From the NCBI RefSeq assembly GCF_002571385.2, contig NW_019217818.1, positions 401,594-465,593 on the forward strand: DNA of 64,000 nucleotides. The letters run 5' to 3'. Origin of the DNA: Stylophora pistillata (lineage: Eukaryota). A program made the position numbers and the translations under genes. This document shows positions 50,880-63,000 of the stretch, piece by piece (the stretch's first letter is position 1; each line of letters starts with the position of its first letter). The notes under the pieces are model-generated. The model made no database searches, was not told the DNA's origin, and saw only the letters and a list, made by a program, of their open reading frames with translations.

Positions 50880-51320
50880 GACAAGATTCGGAAATTGGGA
50901 AAATTGCACCAGAGAGAAAAGTTAAAAACGAAACCACTCCAAGCCAACTCAAGCGGAAGAGGATCTTAAACTTACTCCTAAAATCTGACCAAAGAGGCAA
51001 CGTTTTGGGTATGCTTTGACTCGTGCCTGACTGCTTAGAGCCTTAGTGACAGGATCTGCATTTCTTAGAAAAGAAAACACATTGTTGGCTGTGTCCTTAA
51101 AGACCGGGCGCGATTCGCGATACTTGCATATTCAGCATTTAACCCAAACACACTTAAGAAGTTGCGTCTAGTTGTCAGCCGACTGTCGCCCGTAAACGGT
51201 CCGTTGGTGTTTTAAGTCTGATTTTATAGAGTGTAAAAATAGATCTTGAGAGATACTTAATTGCGATTCATACGCAACAATTCGCAATTTTCGATCTAAG
51301 TTGAAAGGTAATGCGTAAAC

Positions 51321-51760
51321 TTATATCACATGGCTCGCAGCGCCCGTGGGCAAGATGATGCGAATCCTTTCTTCTGATTGGCTACCCGAGTGGGCAAGAT
51401 GGGCCCGTCTTGCCCGCTCGGGATTGCCCGCATTGATCCCGCGCATGAAAAAAATTTAATTAGAGCTATGTTGGTAATTCTTGAACAATTTCGGCGATGG
51501 AAACGCAAAAAATGACAGAAGATAGTCAAAACAAAGTAAACAAGAATTCTTAATTCTTATCAGTCAGTTAAAGCGCAATCTTTTTGTGATATAATAAATC
51601 CTTCATTAACCAAGATTGTTTGGTCAAGATGGCTGGATATTAGCCTCGTTCTTTTTTCGCATTTTTATGGACCTCGACTTCCTCTCGGTCCATAAAAATG
51701 CGAAAAAAGAACTCGACCAATATCCAGCCATGTTGACTTCACGTTTGGTTAATAACCCAT
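51321..51760. mobile_element. Crypton/Eulor-like element with terminal hairpin 51602-51755
   Basis: TTATAT..CTGATTGG at the left end; ATTAACCAAG...TTGGTTAAT bulged palindrome at the right end. Confidence 0.65.
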
Positions 51761-51974
51761 ATAACTATTAGAGTTTGCGGCAATGGAACCCGTGCCCAAG
51801 TTGTAGTATTTTCTGAGAGGTATGTTCAGGTTTTCTAGGTTCAAAAGTCAAGAAAGGTGTGCGATATTTAGCCACAAACTCCGGAGCCTGTTCTTAGCTA
51901 GGTAGGTAACTTTATTTCAACTCGGGTTGTTGAGGCTGATCAGGCCTCTAGCAATACATGCTAATATGCCGAGC

Positions 51975-52081
51975 AACACCCACCCATCCCACCCCAGGGG
52001 AGGACATCCACCACACAGTAGTCTCGTGCGTGGGGAATTAACGTGTCCTTCCCCTAACCCTAAAGGAGACGGGGCCTACGA
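51975..52081 (-). mobile_element. Fragment homologous to the 3' part of the SINE at 5492-5856
   Basis: Reverse complement matches ~5679-5780 (cgtaggccccgtctcct..gggttagggg..ggggtgggatgggtggg). Confidence 0.7.
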
Positions 52082-53122
52082 GAGGAATTATGGGTAGAAT
52101 ATAGCAATGAGTAAAACTCTGTCCATTAGTTTGACAGTTATCAGGCCTCTGGTTCCCCTTCAAAGGTGTAAATTTTTTACACAACTTCAATTTGTTTTCT
52201 TCAAAAAGGAGAAATGTTGGCAATTTCTAAGTGAGAAAACTTACAAAACTGACGAACAACCGCGATCTTCAAATGCTTACGTTTGTGATCCAACAGACAG
52301 GTCCCAAAGAAATAGAAAAGCTCATTCAAACTCGCTCGCCATTTGGATTGTGCCTCCACTGATGCAATGTACTGCATAACTTACTCTCAGTGCAGAAAGA
52401 GAAGCAAAAGTTATAGAGATCATTTCTGCGATTCCCGAAAAGCGCAAAACTCTACAACAGAAATTACTCGCTCAATTTCGCACCTTCAATGGATTAAACC
52501 ACCCTTCTCATTAAATTATCGAGTAATTAGTTCATCACGTATCATCCGTCACCATACTCACTCCAGGGCAGAAATACATCCTCAAGAAAAACACCCACAC
52601 ACAAACCAAAAGCTCCGAACTTGATATGATGAGTTGCGCATGCTCGGAACGTCAGCTCAACTGAAATCGCTGCGAACGGCAACGGCGGGCCAAGCTTACA
52701 TGACCCCAACTACACCCCCTACTAAAGGAAAAGGCCCTGGGAACGATGTTGAAGGCAGAGGCGAACTCACTATGATCGATGGACTAATATGTCATAGCCT
52801 GTTTTGCGCGTTCAGCACGATAGTGGCAGTTGAGTGAAAAAACGGGGGAAGCTTGGGTCAGGTCGCGTAATGAACCCCTTTCTGTAAGAGGCCGGACCCA
52901 GGCCTCCGTCGAGTTCTGTCTGCCACTACCATCACGTCCTTTACTTTTTCGCTTCATTTACTAACACCTGGAGCACGTTAAATTCGTCGCGACGAAGACG
53001 AAGTGTTTGGAGGGCGGGGGGCGAACTTGCACTTTGACAAACCCCCCGTAAACCACATGAAACTGTCTACAAACTTAACTTTAACCGTACCACAATTCTT
53101 AGTGTACAACAAGCTATTCTAA

Positions 53123-53177
53123 CGTATATGAGAACGATCCTTCGCAGTAAAGCACTATTTGAGCAATAGTGAAAATC
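53123..53177 (-). mobile_element. 55-bp truncated relative of the 45207-45578 element
   Basis: gatcc(t)tcgcagta..gc.ctattt..gcaatag.gaaaatc; 11-bp TSD AGCTATTCTAA (53112-53122 and 53178-53188). Confidence 0.7.
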
Positions 53178-54031
53178 AGCTATTCTAATTTCGTAAAAAA
53201 AATGCTGTCATTAAAACTATTCAATTTACAAAAATTGTTTCACAAAAGCAGGTCTAAACGCATTAAGATTTAAGTAACTGCATCTTTTATACGGGTCCAT
53301 CGTATATTTTATAAAGAAAAATTAAGAAAACTTTAACAATTATCGTTGGACCTGCATAGAACTGAGTACATGATAATCAAACGACAAAAAAAAAAAAGAA
53401 AAAAAAAAATGCGTGCCTGCTATGACCTGGTTTGTTTCATTTCAAAATTTTTCTGTGCCAGTGAACCACGAGAAATTGTGATCTTCGTCACATATTTCGG
53501 AAACCGCTCCCTCTCTAATGGCTCCATTACTATGAAGCTCTGTGGGTGGATGTATAACTTGCAATGTGAGCTTAACATAGCAGTGATCGAGAGAAAACTC
53601 TAAGAACAAGCAGCTAGGGAAAAGAACACTGAAAAGGTGAAGGCAGTTGTTTAGTGCTAATTTGCTCGTACTCAATACATCCCACTTTTAAAGCAAATGT
53701 CCTCAAATTGTTAAAGACAAAATGTTGTGCTAAAGAATAAAACAAACAATGGCGAGGAGCGTTGTACCTTAAACCTCAGGTCAACCCTCAGTTGTCATCT
53801 TACAGTGATACAATCCCACCTACGTCCAACTAAACTTAAAGAGTAAAAATGGAAGCGACATGATTTCAAATCACCAAACCAACAAAGGAAACGTGTCCAT
53901 GAATGGTTAAGAACGAAACGAATGGGCATGCGAATAAGGTTGGTGTAGCGGCCGAAGAAAACGTTTTGAAAAGGTTTTGAGTTCGATCGAGCAAAGGTTA
54001 TGCCAGTGCCGGGCATCACAGACAGCCGTAT

Positions 54032-57000
54032 TTACATATTTACAATAAGTTTTCCTTCCAGTATTTTCAGCAAATCCTTGCGAGATTTAACAAATTCTTG
54101 AACAGCATCGGAAGTGACCCCATTACAAGAGCGCAAGTCAAGACGGAGAAGCGACGGAAAGAGCTTCAAAAAGGACAACCACTTATCAGACAGCTTAGCG
54201 CAGCCACTCAGAAGAAACTCATTTATCGATGCCTGTCCACAGACACTTTCAATATCTTGATCAGTTATTCCGGGACAGAAACTCAGGTCCAGCTTCTTCA
54301 AGTCAAGGCAATGTTGCACCAGCAAACGAAGAGTCGAACCAGTGACGTCACTGCCGGAAAGAAAGAGGGTGGATAATCTTAAAAAAGGGCTTTTGTTGTC
54401 CCCTGGAGCCGCACGTGAGTCAGAAACAGGTAAAACAAGTTTTTTCATCAGAGAGTCAGTGATTCCAACGGACCAGCTAAGCCCCAGGACTTTCAACCGA
54501 GGGCAGATGACGGTGGAGAGCGCATACGCCGTGGCTTCCGTTGTGCCACTCAGATACAACTCTCTTATTCTCGGCAGACGGTTTAGAAGCCATTGCAGTT
54601 GTTTATAAGTGACGTTTGTCCAGCTCAGGTTAAGTGTTGTAGGTTGGCGCCGTACAATCCCCTTCAGGGCCGAAGGCGTCACAACTTTCTTTTCTGATAA
54701 ATCAATCACAGACCAGAGACGGCGATCCATGCACCAGCGGTTCCAGGTGCGACACACGCGCATACACAGACAGAGCTCAGGCTGGGAAAGAAAGCTAAAC
54801 ACTGAAAGCCAAAGCTGACGGTCCATCACGTGACTTTGGCCACTGTCCAGCGAAAAAGACTGAGGAGGAGGAGAGACTGGGCAAGGACGAACCACGAGTT
54901 TAGGTTGTACTTCTGGCGGAGGGCCAGGTGGAGGTTTGGGTGCTACAACAGGACGGCGATGCCGTGAAGTCACTTCATCCGAAACATTCACAGAAAACTC
55001 GTCACTTCCTTCTTCTGAGGACTCGCTCTCCATTTTGCTCCTCTGAAAGAAAAAGAAAGAGGTTTTTAACTGTGCACCTGAGTATGGAAGGTTGATGCGA
55101 GTAATATTCAGGCTTCTGGCTTCTGTCAGCCGTTGAAGCGAGACCACACTACATCTAGCTTCACAACATTAATTGCTGTGAATGAGAAGGAAGTCTACTT
55201 TAGTTCAAAGAGGTTTCACCATTTTTACTATGTACGTTTGTGACCATACAAGCACTTTAATCTTGGATGTAAAGGGTAGGTATCTATTTCTTACAAAGCT
55301 TTAAAATTACTCCTTTTTTCATTCTTCTTCGCTTCGAACTTTTCAGAAAAAGTTACATTCGCGGCCCCTGAGAAGGGGTCAGCAAACTTGGTGAAGGTTC
55401 GGCTTGAGAAATATGTTTAATGGCCTACGTGCCATCAAGTAAAAAACGAATTGATGTCTCACTGATCAGACACACACAAAAACGAAATCAAATGATACAC
55501 ATACTTAAAGGCACCTTTCTGATTTTCTCTTTTGTAGCTCGGTCATCCTGTCGATTAGGAAACGAGTTTTACAGTGAGTTATTAGACGACTTTGATAAAC
55601 TTCATTTCAAATCTTAGCCGAACGTACTGGACCCCTTCTCGTGGAAGCCGAACGACCACAGAAAAAGACGCAGTGCAGTGACTCGGAGACCGATAGCAAA
55701 CAATGGCAATGGTTCACATCGTACGATGAGTAGACATCCCAAAAATCACAAAAAACTGGTATATTTTAAATTCATAGCTGCATTACACACGATGGTTTCG
55801 ATCACAAGCGAGATGACGACGAAGCAATAAAATTAAAACCGAAACACTTTAGTCCACGACAATTACAAAGGTTTCCACGTAAAAGAGAGACAAGTACGGA
55901 CGACTATGTAGCCCTCGTGAATGTTAACCAAATTTAGAGAAATTTAAAAAGCAGAAGAATACTAGCGAATGAAACTTAGCCCGCAGTCTGAAGCGCCATG
56001 TACACTGGCCTTAGTTACCCTCAGATTCATGCACGTGTCGTTCTGTGCGGTGCTTGAATTTAAGAGAGCAGCAACACTCTCTCCTCTTTGTGCTAAGGTA
56101 CATTAATGCGAATGACCAAAAAGGGCCCTTGCTTCATAGCACTGAATGACAAAACAGCACTTCGTTTCAACAGCGCTTTTCCTGCCATCGTTTAAAATCC
56201 ATGTTATTTGTTCTTAAATTAACTATCAAGAGAACACGAACGCGTTATAATGTTCTCTACTATTTATACAACCAGAAGCAGACAGATTGAGAGAATAGGG
56301 CACCTCCTAAGCTTGACCCATCCCAAATTACCATCAGAAATATACACAAGGAACTGTATAGAAACAGGCAAGGAGAATCACTTGTAAAACATAGGGGGAG
56401 TAGAGGAGGAAAGGCTCTCTTTAACAACGCAAAGTATCCAGCAATTTGGCCGAGTTTCCTTACCGCACTTATTGCATAAAAAAATATTTAACTGCTGCAG
56501 AAAAGTCTTGGTCAAGGTTCAGTAGCAATTATAACATAACCAAAGTAAAGCGCGCACTCTGATTGGTCAATTTAGCGTCCCCCATTTGCCCATGGGTGTA
56601 CGCTGCTGACGTGAGCAAATGCAAAGACTATTTTTCCGCGCGCGCTTGTTTTTTCTGGTCGCGTAAGATTTGTTAAATAAAAGGGAACTCTTTAGCTACA
56701 ATGTATCAATGTTATGTTATAAAACAAATGGTAAACACCACAGCGTACACTATTGAGTTATGGATGCACTTGGGAGGTTTGCTAAGCACTCAAGAAGCTA
56801 GAGTCGCTCTCGGCTATCGCCTCGAGCGACTCTTACGCTTCTTTCGTGCTTAGCAACCTCCCGCGTGCATCCATAACTCAATAGTGTACGCTGTGGTGTT
56901 TACCATTTGTTAATTGGCGACGTAAGATTAAACAGAAGTAAGTTCTAGGGAAACTGTGCAACAGTTGTTTTGATGTGTTACAAACAACAGAAGAACAACA

Positions 57001-60000
57001 CTGTAAAGTAAGGCGCAAAGAACACTACGGCGATCAGCCATGAATAACTTGCTTAAGCCGAACTTAATTTAAGGGTGCAGGGAAAGAGCCTTCAGAAACA
57101 TCTCATAGACTGCTAAATTCAGATTCCAAATTGTCTACAATCCCTTATGAAATAGAGAGAGAAGTAAATGTCGCATTAAAACTTATCTCAGCATTTATTC
57201 TCTGCATACCTCCAATCATCTTTCGTACAGAGACAAATACTTTTGTCATAAAAATTAACCAAAAAGATTATAGAGACCTTGCTTAGAGGGAAGATTTTGT
57301 AAAGGGCGAAATAAAAGTAGTGGCCGTTTAACTAATAGCAAAAACATACTAACTGTACCTTTTTAGCGGACTCTTTAATGGGGCTTGCCTGTGTTCAAAA
57401 GAAGAAAAACAAACAAAACAAAAACATTGCAAGAATTCGAAAATAAACTTCTGTTAGCTACTACCATACTGTATTCGGACTTTTCTTTCGGTTACCTTTG
57501 TTCCTCTGTTGAACGGTCAGTTTCCTCGAATTATAACAAACAATTACCTGAATCTTTCCTAGAAGTTGTGTTGCCTTTTTCCTTTTAACCCTTTACACCC
57601 TGACTCGGTATGTATATTCTCTATACGTTTGCGAGGGTCCTCACAAGGACAAATTGTTTAACAATCATTAGCTTCTTTAGTTGGTGATCATTTGCTTTAT
57701 TCTCGTGACATTGTGTGATTCGTGGGTGACATTGTGTGATTCGTAGGTGACATTGTGTGATTCGCGGGTGACATTGTGTGATTCGTGGGTGACATTGTGT
57801 GATTCGTGGGTGACATTGTAAGTAAAAAATTCGATGTTGGTCACTCTAAGTGTTCAGAGGGTTTATTAGCCAGTACAAAAATACACTACCTTTCTTTTCC
57901 TTGCAGGAATACTTGGAAGATCATCGACAGATGTCGCCTATGAAAGATACATATATCTTATTAACCAAGCGCGAGGGCCGTACTGGGAGAATATCGGTCC
58001 GAGGTCTTGACAGTACGGACCGAGCGCAGCGAGGTCCGTACAAAAAAGACCGAGAGCCGATATTCTTCCAGTACGCTCCCGAGCAAGCTTGGTTAATAAG
58101 AGAATTATTATACGACTGAAGTTCAAAGGGACACAATTGCGGTATCATTCGGGACCATTCGGGACAGTCCCCGGTCCAATACTTAGAGAATATTGGACCG
58201 GCAATTATTGGCCCTCTGACTGCCCGAGTCGTGTAATAAAGTATACTACTGAGAGGCCATAATTATATCTTTTCCTGTACGTTCATAGTCTGGGGAGCAT
58301 ATGAAACGAAATTGTAACTCCAAGTATTGTAGCAAATAACTAATGTTAACGAAACAGAGAACATATAATCAAACCAAACAAACTGGAAAAGAAACGCTAC
58401 CGTAAAAAAATAAAAAACAACAACAAAGAACAAAACAACAAAACAAAAAAACAAAAAAACAAAAAAAAAAACAAAACCCCAAAAAACAGAGGAATGGAGA
58501 GACGGATAAGTGGAAGAGGAAAGGAATTCTGAATTCATGATAATCTACAAAACTGAACAAAAGCGCATCTATGTCTATAATGTTTGGTACGTAGAAAAGT
58601 GCTCAGCCACTCCTGATGGGTAAGACGCATCAATGAAACCGACTCGTTATCACTTTGTTTCGAACTGCTTGTAGAGATACGGTGTCTTACATCAGTTTCG
58701 TACTAAAACGCATGTGATGTTAACGCTGCTGTTTCATAGTAAAGAAAATTCTTTTGCAATATGAAGGAGTGTGCCAAAAGGATAGGCATACTGGCTCACA
58801 CTCGAACACTTTTCGACTGAAATTCGTTAAACCTAAAGGACAGATACAACGATGCAAAAGATAACGAAGGAGCCAAATTGACCTTAAAGTAAAATTTAGA
58901 AAATCTCCTGAATCGCTAAGCGTAGCCTTTCTAAACTAATCAGTGGGCAAAGTAAAACAAGAAGAAAGTAGTCCCAATAACTTCAGACACTTCATCAAAA
59001 ATCAATCTCATCAAATTCTCAGTTTACAGAATTTGACATCAGTACTCACCGCTGCATCTTTGCAACACTTGGGACACTCCCAGCAGTTGTTGATCTCAGT
59101 AACAATCTTACATTGCCCTTTGATGTCTTTTAAACAAGGCGGGTGAACAATCTCACCACAGAAGCGACACTCCATTAGTGGGTTATCCTCTGTGTTGACC
59201 TGATTACAAACTAAACACTTCACACAAGTGGGCAGGTTAGGCTGAAAAGAGAACAACAAGAGATTAACTATTCAATTTCCCACTAACGAGCTAATTTCAT
59301 TAGCTACAGGCGTGTGTCCCAGTTAAGTCAGCAGGAGGCGAGGAGTTTTGCATGTGCCCAGGGACGAGACGCAAGTCCATCGCAAGTTAACCCTTGTATT
59401 TTACCAGGTTTCTCATTACCGTTTACCTGACAAATTTATAACTCCGGGTTCTGTCAAAGCTACGTGTCTTCCTTTCCCCCTTAACAAACTTCAGTATGCG
59501 TAAATTAAAACGACTAAAACTTGACATACATCAGTGCACGCCCTAAGAAGACACGATTGCTTCATCCTTCCTGCCCCTCCAAATTTCTTCATATCTTTAC
59601 AGGTGCGGCACTCGCCACAGTCCTCTCGTTGACAATTTTCACACTGCCCACAACGAGTGCGCCGGCGTCTGATTCCTGGGCCGACTTTAGTACCGAGCAT
59701 TGGTCCCCTTGGACCTTGTTTCCTTGCTACAGGTTTTTTCTAAAACAGAAACAAAATATATCAATGTCTCTACAAATACATACTGCTGCATGTGATTGGT
59801 TGAAATAGTGGCACAACTTTTCAAAGCTAACTTGAGTGGGATGAAAGCCAGTATCTGAGCAACTACGCACCCATCCCTCCCCTAAGCCAACAACAGTCCA
59901 GTGACTACAAACTAGCGTTCACTTTGGACGAGGGCAAGGTAGGTGTGCAGTTGCTTTGATCATACCATTACTCCCTTAGTTGCTTGGTAAAGCAAAACTT

Positions 60001-63000
60001 GTACATCCTAGATCACTCACGACACAAACAAGCAATTATTCCACTGAACTACCTGTGCGTCTCATTACTGCTTTACTTACCACTACTGGTTTGTCAATCT
60101 GCAACAGATGTTGCAACCCTGACGCTGCAAGTTCGGGGTCATCGTCCCTATGTAATTCAAGAAGGTCCTAAATAGAGAAACAGAGTTAGTACGCCAAAAA
60201 CACACCAAGCTGAGAGGTAACTGAAGTACCATCTAATGTAGAGTGCCATGGCTTAAAGATAGACATACTATTGAAAACGGTTTTTATTATTTAAGAGGAG
60301 CTTAACGTTGCACCAACCTCTAATCTCTGCAACACTCCCTCGGGGTCTTCCAAAGTCTTAGGAACGTTCTTTTGAGCTTGAGGCCAATCCCTCAGTCTTT
60401 CTATCAACTTAGTCAACCCATCGACTTCAAATCGTGTAAGATACACCGGACTCCACGGAGTCTTCTTATCTTCCTCGTTCTCTTCACCATCAATCTTCTC
60501 TTTGTTCTCTTCTTCATCATGGGTTTCCCCATTCACTTCCACCTTTACTTCCTCGTCCTTTGCTTGTCGCTTAGGATTCCCCTTCTTTTTCTTCCATTCC
60601 TCTGTATCAGGTTCCTCTTCTTTACCATTCGTACTGCTCTTTTTCTCGGTGTTCTCCTGAGCTTGCTTGGCGACTCGGCTTGATCTCCTACGCCCTGTTG
60701 TCTCTGTTAAGTCATCCTCATTATTTTCTCCATGTGTGCCATTACTAGCTTTCTCGTCCACTTCTCGCGGATCCTTCTTGCCTGTTCGTTTACCTGCAGT
60801 TTTCCCTTTCAAGCCAGATGCGTCTTTTTTCTTTAAAGCGGAAGTATCTTCCTTGTTATCTGTTTTGGTAGACGATTTTAAGCCTAATTCTTGTTTATTT
60901 TGTTCCAACAATCGGACGTACTTGTCAGCGGCGTACCACATAATTTGAGGTAAAAACGGATACCGGAACTTCAGAGGGACCTGTAGAAAGAATAACAAGT
61001 ATCAAACAATGTACCAATTATGCAGGCCAGCTTTATCGAAAACTAGTGTTCTTAATTTTAAAGTTGGCTGATGTCTTATCCTCGTATGTTTTTTTTAAAA
61101 CACTGAAACAATTATCAGTCTTAAAAGCTGGAAAAACCGAATCAGCGACATACAAAAAAAAAAACTTATTTATCGACGACTAGAATAATTTTCCTAACGT
61201 TAAAGATGCCTGTTCTTCTCCAGCAGCTTTCCAAACAGATCTTTGCTAAGAACCATTCAATCGAATTGACTCTGATGTAACTATAAAAGACACTGGGCCA
61301 GTAAAAATGCTTCAAAGGGAAAGTGCATGAAATATTTCAGAGACTTTCCAGGGCCACTGAACATAGAAACTAACTACATGGATGAGCTTCTTTTGACCCG
61401 CTTTACCTGAGGTCTGAGCTGCAAGGTCCATGAAATCCAGATTATTCTTTCAATGTATTTCCCCGCATACTGATTTTAAAAGCATCTTTCAGATTTGAAC
61501 GGTTCCCAGAGTTGGGTAAATTTCGACAGGGGCAAGCTTCCTTTCACGTGAAAACGATTTTGAACAACGCAATGTTTACGATTCGTAACTGTTACCCAGA
61601 TCCTTAGGGACCAGTCATTACTTATTACCTAGAGGGGGGTTCGGAGGATTTTTGGGGAGATCACATGGTTTCAGGGGGACAGAGGAGGATCAGTCGTCGC
61701 TGACTGCCAATGAGGGGGTGGGGTGGGGTCATAAGAGTACAAAAGAGCCTCAACAGGATCGGATGTTTTCGCGACACAACCACAATCCTCCGACTCCTTG
61801 CTTGGCGATATGTGATGACCGGTCTCTTATTTGAACTTTACTTCCGTGATAAAAAGCTGGCGCGTCTCTCATTTGGCATATATGAGGTAATACCGCTGCA
61901 CAAGGAATGATTCGAAATCTACTCCGAATTTTACAACACGCAGCCTAGAACAAGATATTGTTTTGGAGCATGGAAACAATAAACCCTTGCTCTGTTCAAC
62001 CTCGATATCACCTGTCTCCAAGGGAACAGAACAGATGGACAGATGGACTTGGGAGCTGAACAGAGCAGAACAGATGGACTTGGGAGCGAGGAATGTCATT
62101 TCAAGGCAAACAGCAGATTTACACGTACCTTGGTATTGTCTTCGATCTGGCTGATTTTAATTTGTCCCGGGATGTTATAACTATGCACAAAATTCCCACC
62201 AAATACAAGCGAGTCCTCAGGGGTAAACACGGCATGGATCCAACCTAAACACAGTACATTGTGATCGTAAATCAAGCTTAATGGCAAGAGGAGGACAGGG
62301 AGGACGGACGGGAGGGGGAGGGGACGGGGAGGGACAGTGAGGGGAAGGGAAAGAGGAGGAGGAAGGGAAGGGGAAACACAAGGAGGAGGGGAAGGGAAAA
62401 AGGAGGGAAAGCGAAGGGGAAAGAGGAGGAGGAGGGGAAGGGAAAAAGGAGGAAAAGGGGAGGAGAAAGATAAGCAGGAGGGAAAGGTAAAGAGGAGGGG
62501 GAGGGGAAAGGGGATGGGAAATGGGAATAAGTAGCGGCTACGTCAAGCCATGTGTCATCCGAGAGGGAAACTACTTAAAACGGGCTTCCGTATCGCCTCA
62601 AGCGTTCCATTTCCAAAAGAGCTGGATCACGTTTGATTATCTTGTTAGGTCACAGTTTGATCCGTCTCGTCGAATTTGGTACGTGATCACAGTCGCGATA
62701 ATAGTTCAGACTCCACCTTCTCAATCGTCTGATTTTGTTGAATCACTTGTAAGATTAAAGACCGAATGGAACACCACTCGTTCATATCACCATCAATTAT
62801 TTTCAGGGGGATTCTACCGCCTGGTACTAACAAGTCCCTCTCCTTAATTAATCTTCGACCGACTGACCAAGCAACACTCTGTCACCTTCATTCTGCATAG
62901 GGAAAGAAAAGTGAGCGAAGGGGGGAGGGAGAGGGGGGGTAAGTTTCTAAAGAAAGTGTTGTGCTGCATCGGCGAGGGGTATTACAAGATAATTTGGTTT

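Noticed and set aside
57495-57582. Additional KDM2 micro-exons
   Set aside because: Donor-like sites are present but acceptors are poor and phases do not fit.
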